NCBI RefSeq assembly: GCF_036321535.1
Contig: NC_087437.1
Location: 73,410,001 to 73,474,000, forward strand
Reading direction: 5' to 3'
DNA from: Camelus dromedarius
Lineage: Eukaryota
Length of the DNA: 64,000 nucleotides
Position 1 is the first letter of the stretch. Each line of letters starts with the position of its first letter. The notes under the pieces are model-generated. The model was not told the origin of the DNA. It searched no databases and saw only the letters and a list, made by a program, of their open reading frames with translations. Below are positions 26,216 to 37,355 of the stretch, in pieces. Position numbers and translations under genes: made by a program.

Positions 26216-29200
26216 TTCAGAATCAAATTCCCTATTTAGGCCCTAAATCATAAACTGGGTGAGAGAACACAAACTTATACCACCTACCACAATGTCTAAG
26301 TCTCAATAAGAAAATCTGACTCAACTGCTTTTTTTAAAGTAACTTTTTTTCTCGGTTTACACTCATATCTTTACCTAGTAGGTTAGGCATCCCTCTTCTG
26401 CGTAACACATAGTACACCTCATACAGACCTCTATCATATAAACACTGAGCTGCCTTATAATCATCTATTTACTTTATGTCTACCATAATGCTGTAAGCTC
26501 CTTGAAGCCAGGACTCTGTCTTATTCATGTTTTATGTTCCCAAGTGTCAGGAACATAGGAAGTTCTGAAAGTGCTGTTAAAGGTTCAATTATTAGATCTT
26601 TTTTCCTATTATCCTCCAAATATCCATTTAAGATAAAACCTTGTTGAAATGAAAAAAGTTTTAGCTCTCAGAATTTCATATCTAATTTGACACGAGGGTT
26701 TTTTTTTAATAGTAATAAACTTAACATGACAAAAATACTATTTTGTGTTAATAGATACTGTAAAAGTTTAGCATAGTTAGAACCATGTTAAACATAAGCA
26801 GTATATCAAAAATAGTAGCAAAAAGAAAAAATAATTTGTATGTTATAAGATAAGCATTCTGATTAACAAATCATCAGAGTCACCTTTTTAAAGCCTACAG
26901 TTCTTCTCAACTCTAAAACTAACAACTCAAACATCAGTACATGCCAAACCTTGTAACCAGTACTATGACTGTTAGATCAGAAAACAGGTTACATAGAGAA
27001 AATTCTGCTTCCATACTTACGAAGTACCCATAAATCAGGACAACTGTGCCCTACTCAAAGACTGAATTCTAAAATAAAGGTTGATGGAAAAAACTTGTCA
27101 TAGGGTTCACAAATTAGGGTGTTATAACACTATAAGCCAAAAAAGGAAGCTCTTTAAATGAGCAGTGCACAGCAACACAAACCCAGCGTCTGTCTCTACA
27201 ACTACAAGCAGAGTTAACTCTAAAAACTTTAATTTACACCTCTTCTAAATCACAGTCCATTTGCCTGTACTGCTTGAATTTTTAGGATTCTAAAATAAAG
27301 TATCAAGTCCCTCCAACAGCACATTATTAAAGAGGTTTTTTTAAACTTTTTTCTCCTCCCATGTGAAAACCAATGTGTTCCTTCAAAAAGTAATCAACAT
27401 TTCACTTACACAATCACTGTGAAATTATTACTCAAATCCTATTTCCTTTTATTACTTGCACATATTCCTTGGCTTAGTCTTCTGTGGGGCTTTGCCTAGC
27501 TAGATAAAACTTTATTGGAGGTACAAGTAATATTCTCTTAGTCCTTAACACAATCTAAATCAGGATAGTAAACTATTAACATCCCCTCCCATTTTCCTCT
27601 CACCCAATTGTAATCCACAATCCTCTTTAATGAAAAAGAACAGTACACAAATTCAATCTAGAATCTTCCATCAACTTAAAGAAGTAACAGCGTTAGGAAC
27701 TGTGCAGTGGAACCAAACATCTGGGGAGTGGGACTATAGAAACAATGTAGATTAGATAACATGCCATTTATCATACTGTACTCCATTAATTAGAAAATGT
27801 CATTACAGTGCTTGAAACGTGATGGTGATCTGGTAGTGGAAACTGTCAGCCTATAAGGGGCACTCAATCTCTCGAAAACTTTGCCTCCCTCATAACCAAC
27901 AACCCTGACACACCTACAGGGTACAGGATTCTCTTTCTTCTAAATCAAACCTTATCCAAGAAATCTGCACACATCTCTCTTTGTAATAAATACTGGTAAA
28001 ACTTACGGTTTCATTTAAGATTTCATTAAACACTGATCTCTTACAGCAGACTTGTATACCAGTAAAAATACTTAGGTAAACCACTCTTTCAGCAAGCCTA
28101 AGTTTTGTTTCTCCACTTTCCTCATCAAGTGAGAGTCATCGAATGAATAATGTCCTGCAGTGTTTAGCTGTTACCAAAAGACAGATCTAGTCCCCAAAGA
28201 CTAGGGGCCTCATTTTCTCAAACCACGGCCTTCTATTAATGATCACTTACGTCCACTTCTCTTGCATGAGAATGCAATATTTTTTACACGATCCCCAACA
28301 AATAGGCTTCTAGTCTTCCCATACCTAGAAACTGATTACAAAGAGACTATCTCCCAAATGTGACGACGCCCCCGCCCCAAACAAAAAGTCTGTAACACAA
28401 CAAGAAGGAAGAAAGAGACAGGGAAGAGGCGTGGGACTTGTTTTGATCAGAACAGCCGGGGACACAGTCAATGCATTCAGGTATTTAACACATAAATATA
28501 TCGAAGTCCTGAGCACAAAAAGGGTTTGATAAAATAAACATGGACAGTGTGATAGATGTCCCAAACTAGAAGGCAGCGACCGGCTCGAAGCAAAGAGATC
28601 CAGAGGCTGCCAGGGCAGAAAGGGGCCGGAGGACAGAAGGAAACTGACTGGAAAGGATGCTACAGGGTGGGCTAACATGGTGTCTTCTCCAGCGTGTAAG
28701 GTGATGAGGGGTGGGTATTCCGAGGGCTTCATTCCGTCGGGGTCTGGTCCCTAAAGGTATCCAGGCTCACAACTTAAGTTTCACCCGGGAAAAAAAGAAG
28801 GCGGCAAACGAGCATCCCGGCACCTCAGTCCCCAGCACAGAGGTCCGCGCTTTCAGCTTCCTCCGTGAATGAGGGAGGAAGTAACGGTCCCGGGAGCAAA
28901 CACGGAGAAGCCCTGATCACCAAGCACTCGGCGTCCGGGCGGAAAGCACCTCCGCCGAACCCCGGCCCGCAGCGTGGAGAGCGGCGCGGCCCCGGGGGAG
29001 GGGAGCGGGCGGCCAGCGCCGCACTGGCCGGCCCCGGCCCCGGCCCTTCCCCGGCCTCGCCCCGGGCGCGGCGAAAAGTTTCCAGCCAAAGTCCGCGGCA
29101 CCCGCTCACGCAGCCAACCGCCGAACACAACCGCCTCCCGCCAGGGAGAGCGGCCCGCGCCTACCGGGCCGCGGCGCCGGGACCCTCGGTCGCGCCTCCC

Positions 29201-29232
29201 TCAGCCCGCGCCGGCCGCCGAGGTTCACCTAC

Positions 29233-29395
29233 CACAGAGCCGGGAGAAGAACAGCAGCGGGAAAAGCAGCAGCAGCAGCAGTGGCGGTGGCGTCGGGGGC
29301 GACAGCAGGAGCCCGGCCCCGGGGGGAGAAGCGGAGGAAAGTTGTGCTTTGCCGCCTCCGGGACACAGCGGAGCCAGCCCCGGGGTCCGCGCCAT
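29233..29395 (-). CDS. NECTIN3: Nectin-3 (PVRL3) coding exon 1, signal peptide (54 codons + 1 nt, phase-1 intron)
   Basis: Minus-strand translation from ATG at 29395 (context gggggATGG) is MARTPGLAPLCPGGGKAQLSSASPPGAGLLLSPPTPPPLLLLLLFPLLFFSRLC-G. This matches the recalled mammalian nectin-3 N-terminus. It is followed by the splice donor TGTG|GTAGGT (GT at 29232-29231) and lies in a CpG island. Confidence 0.96.
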
Positions 29396-29490
29396 CCCCC
29401 ACCCTCCCCCCGGCCCGCTCGCTTGCCCGCCCCCTGGCTTCCCCGGCCCCGCAGCCTCAGGCTCTGGGCGGCGGCAGCAGCGGCCACGGC

Positions 29491-29491
<1 letters not shown>

Positions 29492-29533
<42 letters not shown>
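29492..29533 (-). repeat. (CCG)14 / (CGG)14 trinucleotide repeat in the presumed NECTIN3 5' UTR
   Basis: 14 uninterrupted CGG units on the + strand, ~97 nt upstream of the ATG on the - strand. Confidence 0.95.
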
Positions 29534-32500
29534 AAGGTCCGGTGCGCGCGTCCCCAACTCCCAGTTCTTGAGCCGTCGCCGCCGGCTGACACTCAGCCGA
29601 GCGCTCGCGGCTGCCTCGACTCCGCCGTCGCCGACGCCACTGCCGAGGCTGAGGCGGGAGCCGCCCGCCGCCGCCACTCCCCTCCCCCCGGCACCCGCCA
29701 GCCTCCCGCCCGCCTCGAACTCCTGGGAACTCGGAACGCACCACCCCGCCCCGCACGGGAGGGGGAAAGGAAGCCGACCCTCAGAGCGGGAGCTGGGACT
29801 CGCCCGCCCAGCCCGCGCAACTCGCGCTCCCGTCTGATCCCGGAGTGCAAGCCGCGCTCCTCCCACCCCGCCCTCCCACACACGCTCCTCCCCTCCCCCC
29901 CCCCCCAAAAAAAACCAAAAAACTCTTCACTCCTCTTTGATAGCCAGGTTTCTTCCAAAGCAGGGTTTTAAAGAGGACTGGAAAATCTGGAATAGGTTAG
30001 TAGGCCCCGCCCCTTGCGTTCCTGCCTCGTCCCCCCCTTCCCAGCCTTTCTAATGGTCTCGCCCACTCCGCCCCTCGCGGGTCCACCGCGGCCCCGGCGC
30101 AGACTGAGGCGGAGGGCGGCGGGACGTTTCGTGCTCCCGGCTCGCCTCGCCCGAGCGGCGCTCTCCCTCTGGCTGGGACCCGAGGAGAGGGGGTGGGGAA
30201 GAGAAGGCAGGATGGGGCTGCCCTTCCGTTGCCCATGCTAAAGGTTCCTGTGTGGGACGCTGGACGTAGCCTAATGGACTAGGCATCTCCCTCCTCGCCG
30301 AGGGCTGAAAGGAGAGACTTTCTCCTTCTTCCTGCTTCCCGGGACAGCTGTGATCTCCGAATCCCTCCTTTTTCCCCTCCCCACTTCCCCCAAACCCGCC
30401 GAGGCACGTTTGCACAGGCGTTTTTTTTTCTTGCTCCTTTCTCTGGGAGGGCGGTTTGGTGAAAGGGTCAACAGAGCCGGGCGAGGAGAGGGGCCGCGAA
30501 AGATTTGCTTTCTCACTCTTGCTTCTTTGGCCGCGGGGCTGTCTGCTATCCCCGCTGGGCGACCGGCAACAGGAGGCCATGGATTTCCCCCATCGGATCG
30601 CCTAGAGTGCGGTGGTGTTTTCCTTTGGTTTTGTTTCATTTGCATGTTCGCACGTGTAATTTTATTTTCATTGCCTGTTTTCTTGTGAACTGATCGCGGA
30701 AAAGCGACCTCGGGAAGTAGTAAACATTTGCCCCTAAGAGGAGAGTCTGTGATCCACCACAACCTTCCCTCACCCCGATGTCCGCTCGCCCTGCCCTCTC
30801 CATTTGCCTGCCACACACAGTCCTGGTGGTTAACCTTGGAGCTACAATCACCGGCGGTTCTGCGGGGTGGTGGACAGTTTCGACTGTCCCGAGAGGGGCT
30901 CCAGTGGAGGCAGAGGACATACGTTCTCAATCCATTAATTTTACGTTGGTTCTGCCATCTCCATCAGATAGCCACAAATGTGCTCCAATAAGAAGAAAGT
31001 CGAATAAGGAGCCAGCCGCCGTTAAACTAATGCTTGTCTGCCGCCAAGATTACGCTGTCCTCCCCCTTCAATCGCTAAGGTCTCCCCAGCCTCCACCCAC
31101 TGGCTAACAAGGTTTTACTCACCTCCAAGACTACACACAATTCTACCCCCTGCCCACCGCTCTTTTTTCTTAACTTCCGCCTCCCAGCCTGTCGTCCAGT
31201 GCTCGGTTTAAGTACCTCTTTCCCTCCACCTACTTTTCTCTCCCCTCTCTGCCTGTCTGCCTCTGTCGTCCCCTGTAAACCTGTCTCCTGCAACACTCCT
31301 TTCCATCACCTATTCTCAGGATGCACTTATGAATAAACCTTGTCCTGTATCGCTCTGGGAGATGCCCTGATGATGATCATAATTGACGAAATGTAGCCAT
31401 TGTGACATTCCTCAGCTGTGCTGACACCACCGTTTCCCTTGAGAAAATTTCTTTTCCTATTTTCTCATTCTCTAAACCTAATGTCACAGCTAAATTTAGA
31501 CAGAGCCCACTGTGCAACGAATAGCTAATTATCTGTTTAGGTAGCACTTTAACACGTTGTTGAGACTCAGTTAAATGTTAAACAACCAAAATTTTAATAT
31601 CGCTAGCCAGTTTCATTCCCCTAGCCTTTCCCTGGTGGTTCTAATCTCCAGGAAAAAAACAAAAGTAATTTAGCCAATATTTGAAAAGGTGCCAAAAGCT
31701 TAATATGGGGGCCATTCATGCAATTGCTACAGAGACCATGAGGGATTAACAGGTTTAGTGCTTCTCAAAAGGATGATATGGAGCCTTAAAGGATACATTT
31801 CCTCCATATTCTGAGAATTGGATTAGTTGCAAGCTATGATTATATTCTCTTACCTAAAGTGGAGAGCATGGAAGAGCAGTATTTGTACATGTTATATAAG
31901 CATTAAAAGAGCACCATGCTGGTGTTTTTGTGCATACATGCATTATGTTTTAATAATAATAATTTGTGTAGATATAGCCTCTTCAGCCAGAGATGTCAAA
32001 GCACATGCTTACTTCCCAGGGAAATTTGCAATTACCATTATCCCTACTTGACAGCTGGAGGAACAGAGGCACAGAGGTTAAGTGCAAATACTACAAGCCT
32101 GTGTGGTGGTTTCCCTGCCAGAACCAAGTTCTTACCTTCCAGAAGACACCACTGACCTCTCAAGATTTCTTTTAAAGTTAGAAAACAAATTGACCGAGGT
32201 AACTCAAATGTCTACCTTCTAAGTGTCCAATCTCAAACTACTTTCTCCTCAAATGAATACATACCTACCTTAAGCTTTCATATTGGAAATTATTACTAGC
32301 TACAGAAAAAGATTTTACATTATGTGGTACAACTCATTTTTTTCAAGGACCAGAATTACTGTCGATTTAAAAAAAAAAGAAGAAAAAAAACCTTTAACAT
32401 GAGAGTATTACCAGGTTTTACACCATTTTCAGTCGCCTAACTTTACAGATAAGTTCGTCTTTATTGTTTGAGTGACAAACTGGTTGAAGGAATACTTAAT

Positions 32501-33149
32501 CATAGCTAACTTATTAATACTTCTGGCACTATGGAATCCAAAGTAGGCATGCTTTTTCCAAGGCAAAAAATTATCTGAACAAAAAGCAACATGATTCTAA
32601 TGCCAATAGTGATTTCATTGTTTGGAGTTAAGAGTACTGATGATGTCCATCCCACTTTTTGCCTCAAAGACTGTTGATCAACTACCGAGATTCATGAACT
32701 CTTAACTGAAAAACAGAGGTTGACATCTTAATAAAAAAGTGATTATGTACAGTGCCCGGCATTTTATATTTACTCAAATAATCCAGATTAAAAGTTTGAG
32801 ACTATTAGAATTTCATAGCTGATTCTGAAACAAAAATTATTTTGTAGTAGAGGTAGACTATTATGTACATACTTCAGCTAGTTCTTTTTACCATCAGCAA
32901 ATTTTTTATAACCCACTGCGTGAGGAAGTATAGCTTTTCCCTTATTGGAAGAGATGAGCAATGCTTTGTGGTATGTTTGAGTTGGTACTCTAGTTGACAA
33001 TAAGTTGATGTTACCCAGTTAGAATCACAGTCTTCTAAAGCAGAACTATGTAAATAGTTTAAAACAAACTGCAAACCAACAAAAAAGTCCACCCACTTTT
33101 ATCAAATGCAGCTATTTCCGACTGCAAAGATCTTCCCTCATATATTCAT

Positions 33150-33450
33150 ACTGTGTTTTTCCCTCATATTTCCCTTGGGCCCTTGCTCAAATTCAACTTT
33201 GTCATTGAGCTCTTCTATGGCACCCCCAGATGAAAGAGCTGCCCCCAACCCCAATCCCTATTCCCCTGACACACAGATTGCTTGATTATCTCTACTGTAC
33301 TCACTATATCTTTATTTATTGTCTGTTTTCCCTTCACTAGAATGAAAGTTCCACAAGGCTGGACAGGGATCTATTTATTTTTTCACTGTTGAAACCCAAC
33401 CACCTAAAACAGTATCTACCATATAGCTCCCAGTTTGGATGATTAAATGA
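33150..33450 (+). mobile_element. L2 3' end remnant
   Basis: tttattgtctgttttcccttcactagaatgaaagttccacaagg...ttcactgttg...cctaaaacagt. Confidence 0.65.
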
Positions 33451-33624
33451 TAACTACAGTGACATAGCATACTTGAGTGCACCTCTAATGGCAGACAAAC
33501 CCAAGAGAATAATATTAATTTTTTAAGATCTTGATTATATGATCTTGTTGAGTTTTTGAAGCTGGAAGATGGTTACTCTAACTGATCATTGCTTAACATT
33601 CAATTTAATTGCTTTTAGTGTTAC

Positions 33625-34190
33625 TTATTAAGCTGTCGTCTCTCTACTCCATATTCACACATACTACTGGGGCTGGGGCTCTGCAAACATGTCTCCTTTG
33701 CCAGCTGGCTTCCTAGTAGGTTCTATCAATAGGAGCCCTTGGAGAGAGGATAGAAGGTAGAAGTGGGGGAGAAGACACTTGTTCCTTTCTCCTTGCTTCC
33801 TGCTTCTATCAGCATCACTTCAGCAGTAAAAGCCCTTCACCCCATCGTCAGCAGTTGGTTCCAACCTCCCACTTTATACCCCAAGAACTAGACCCATCAC
33901 AACACCTCAGAGTGACCAGCACCAGCTAGGCTGTGCCCACTTCTCAGAGTTGCAGGCCCTAGTCAGCAGGAACTTTCCTCTGAGCTTCTCAGTTCTAAAA
34001 ATCCAAACTTTTCCCTTTGTTTCCCCAGCTTTAAGACGGTAATAGCTTCCCACATTACATATCTCTGAATCACTTCAGAGTTCTTTTTTGGGTGGACCCC
34101 CCTCCTACCCCTGTGTAACAATACCCTATTATTAAGTTCCCTAGGTAACATGGTATGATTTCTTTTTCCTTGATTGGACCTTGATTGATG
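33625..34190 (+). mobile_element. Old ERVL solo LTR (LTR41/LTR33-like)
   Basis: ggggctggggctctgcaaacatgtctcctttgccagctggcttcct...taggttctatcaatagga; ends ttccttgattggaccttgattgat. Confidence 0.6.
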
Positions 34191-34544
34191 CTCTATTTTC
34201 AGTGACTATTTCCCAAAACCTTCTTTGTAACAGTTATTTTTCTTTAAGTCAAACTGTTTAAAATCACAGAGTCAACATCAATCTCAATATAAGTAAAAGC
34301 AATAAAGCAAATGAGCAAAATTTGTTCTATTTCATTGACAGCAATCCAGGTTAAGCAGAGATGGGTTTGAAATAAGAAAATTTGGAGGTAATTATGTTGG
34401 TGTCTTAGTCATATATATATAGTTTTTTTTGGTTGATGTTCCTAATCTAGATAATGGAAAAACAAATAAAATTTTCTAATGTTAGGTAATCTAGGAGATT
34501 TCTTTATTTTACTGACCTTAATTACCCTTGAAAATCATTATGAA

Positions 34545-34721
34545 ACAACAAGGTCCCTGTGTAAAGCACAGGGAACTATATTCGATAACTTGTAATAACC
34601 TATAATGAAACATAATATGAGAAAGAATATATATGTATAACTGAATCACTATGTTGTACATCAGAAACTAATACAATATTGTAAATCAACCACACTTTAA
34701 TTAAAAAGAAAAAGAAAGAAA
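34545..34721 (+). mobile_element. 5'-truncated L1 3' end with TSD
   Basis: agcacagggaactatattc...actgaatcactatgttgtaca followed by an A-rich tail. TSD gaaaatcattatg(a/g)aac at 34530 and 34722. Confidence 0.88.
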
Positions 34722-35178
34722 GAAAATCATTATGGAACTGAAAGATAAGAGGATTACTTGGAAAAAGAATTGGACTTCTCTCATAAACCTAAAAAGAAAA
34801 CAAACATACATTTCACACAGCTATCTAAAGGCTAACTCTATTTATAATATACAACTATTTTGCAAGAGGCACTAGGGTTCCAAAAACATAGTTTGAGGAA
34901 CTGATACTCAGGCAGAAAGAAGAGCTAAGCCATAGCATTATGGTAGGTTAAATAAGAGGGTAGGTTAACTGAGCAAAGATGATTGAGCTACTATGTGCTA
35001 AAATTTATGTAAGGTGTTGGGAATGGAAAAACTCAAGTCCTGACCCCAAATGCCAATAAAAACATTATTGCAAACAATGGAGTGATGTACAATATAGCAG
35101 ACAACAGAGGATGATTCCCAGGTTTGCCTAAAAGAGACTGGGAATGCCTAACAGCAAAGGTAACATTTGAACAGTCTC

Positions 35179-35551
35179 TTTTTTTTTTTTGAGGTAAAAT
35201 TGTTATAGAACATTCTATGAGTTTCAGGTGTATCACATTATAATTCATCTGAATGCACAAAAAAGTGATCACCGCCAAAGGTCTAGTTATTATCCATCAC
35301 CATGCAATTGACCCCCTTAGCCCATTCCTCAACCTCCTTCCCTCTGGTAACCACCAATCTGTTCTCTGTATTTATGAGTTTGTTTTTTTGTTGGTTTATT
35401 TGTTTTGTCTCTTTTTTTTAGATTCCATATATGAATGAAATCATATGGTATTTGTCTTTCTCCATCTGACTTATTTCACTTAGCCTAACATCCTCAAGTT
35501 CCATTCATGTCACGAATAACAAGATTTCATTCTTTTCTAGGGCTGAATAGT
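35179..35551 (-). mobile_element. 5'-truncated L1 3' end (older subfamily) with TSD
   Basis: T-tract followed by ccttccctctggtaaccaccaatctgttctctgtatttatgagttt...gattccatatatgaatgaaatcatatgg. TSD atttgaacag (35165-35174 / 35552-35561). Confidence 0.85.
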
Positions 35552-36430
35552 ATTTGAACAGCCCTAAAGAGTGACTAAGAGTTTGCCATACGGATAGGAT
35601 AAAAGCAACAGAGGGAATATGAAAATGACAGATGGAAGATTACAGAGGCATGGCAAGGTATGATGAAACCACAAGTATTTCTGTGCTGCCATAGGGTAAC
35701 ATGCAAAGGGGAATTAGGAGAAAAGGCAAAAATGAAGTTAGATAAGTAGGCAGGGATCTTTTTTTTTTTTTAACCTTATAAAGAAGTTTGGATTTTATCT
35801 GGTAGGTAATGTGAACAAGTGAAGAATTTTGAGTAGTGGGATGACAAGATTGGGTTTGCTAGAAAAGTCAAAGAACTGGTAGAAGTGAGGATGGAAGGAC
35901 TGTCAGGGGATTTGGGAGAATTATAAGAAATTTAGTAAGGAATTTGTTGTAAGGAGAAGAGAGAATAAAGGTCTGAACTTGAGCAGTGATCAAGCGAGTA
36001 GAAAGGAGAAAATGAATGCAGGAGAATTTTAGTATTTTAACACAAAATGCTTTATTCCCACAGTGGTTTGAATATGTGTACATTCAAATAGTCATAAAGT
36101 CATAAACGTTGCTGAGGGAAGTAGGAGGCAAAAGACACGTGAACAAAAGGATGAAAAAGGATGGAAAGAGAAGCACTCAAAAGAAGGTAATGAAAATATG
36201 AGTAGAGGCAGAGGGATATTAAAAGAGAGAACATGGAGAAGAAAATAGGTGGAGGGAGATCAAATGGTAAAGCCTGCAATACTCTAATTGATGGTTTTAA
36301 AATTATTGGACAAATTTTATAATTTACTTCCACTGTATATTATTCATTTGATTCTTATATGTATATCTCAGATTCCTGCAATATCCAGTACAGTTGCTTT
36401 TGAATTTTATTCCCGTTCTTGTCCTACCCC

Positions 36431-37082
36431 TGTTCTACTCAAAACTGAAGGGTATCAAAAAGAAAAGGGGAAATTGACATCCAACAGGATCCTGCAGGGC
36501 CCTCCTGAGTACAAAAGCCCCTCTGTGTCCCCCATTTCTTGTCTGTAGAAAAAGGCTTTAGTCTCCTATGCCTTCCCTGAGTTCCAAAGAGCAGACTCAA
36601 GTAGTTACTAACTAGGGAAGTGAGGAAATGCAGAAATAAAGGAAAAGCAGTCAGGCATGAAAAGTAATGCTAGCTTAATAGTTCAGCAATAAAACAGTCC
36701 TAGTTCCTCCTCAAGGGATATATATAACAATCTAACACATATCTTTGAGTCGTTCTGTAAAAACTTAGACCCGTTTTCCCCCCCAGGTGAAGGATGGTGA
36801 CTACATGCTGATCACAAGCACTAGACCCCAGACTGGTTGAACCAGGTTGATGATTGAGATTCCCACCCTATTACCTCACCACCAACTAATCAGAAGATCA
36901 CACATCCTGCAACACTTACTCCCAATGTTACCTTTAAAAGCCCTTCCCTGAAAGCCATTGGGGAATTCAGGTCTTTTGTGCATAAGCTGCCCATTCTCCT
37001 TGCTTGACACACTGCAGCGAACACTGTACTTTCCTTCTACACAACCCAGGGTCAGTAGATTGGCTTTGCTGCCTGGTGGGCA
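36431..37082 (+). mobile_element. ERV1-type LTR, 3'-truncated
   Basis: Shares cctttaaaa...ggggaattcaggtcttttg...actttcctt...acaaccca...gattggcttt with the LTR at ~40725-41213. 5' boundary approximate. Confidence 0.7.
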
Positions 37083-37084
37083 AA

Positions 37085-37355
37085 AATGATCAGAGAGTGC
37101 AAAGTTATTAGCTTTGTAGGTAGAGGAAAGGAGCAATAAGCTAAGGAATTTGGCAGGCTTTGGAAGATGGAAAAGGCAAAAACATGGATTTTCCCCTAGA
37201 GCCTCCAGAAAGGAATTCAGCTCTGCCAATGCCTTGATTTTAGCTAGGTAGGACCTGTGTTAGACTCCTGATCTAGAGAACTGACAGATAATAAATTTGT
37301 GTTCCTGTAAACCATTGTCTGTGGTAATTTGTTATAACAACAGTAGAAAACTAAT
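37085..37355 (+). mobile_element. MaLR LTR (MLT1D-like), 3' half
   Basis: ggaaaaggcaa...ggattttcccctagagcctccagaaaggaa...ccttgattttag...ataataaatttgtg...gtggtaatttgttata...agaaaactaat. Confidence 0.8.

Larger units (their letters stand above)
1..29232 (-). other. NECTIN3: NECTIN3 intron 1 (continues beyond the left edge of the window)
   Basis: Starts at the exon-1 donor. No Ig-V domain exon (recalled ...ALAGPIIVEPHVTAVWG...) appears in any minus-strand ORF in the window. Confidence 0.85.
28750..30900. promoter_or_regulatory. CpG island: NECTIN3 promoter, 5' UTR and exon 1
   Basis: Abrupt switch to very GC- and CpG-rich sequence with multiple GC boxes (ccccgccc, ccgccc), spanning the NECTIN3 start codon. 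Confidence 0.92.

Noticed and set aside
28865..29971. 368-aa and 287-aa plus-strand ORFs (poly-Arg, poly-Gly) across the CpG island
   Set aside because: Non-ATG starts, low-complexity Pro/Arg/Gly/Ala content, antisense to NECTIN3 exon 1. Long stop-free frames are expected in GC-rich DNA.
29997..31107. Several overlapping 60-219 aa ORFs in the upstream island
   Set aside because: No recognisable domain, ORFs on both strands; consistent with chance.
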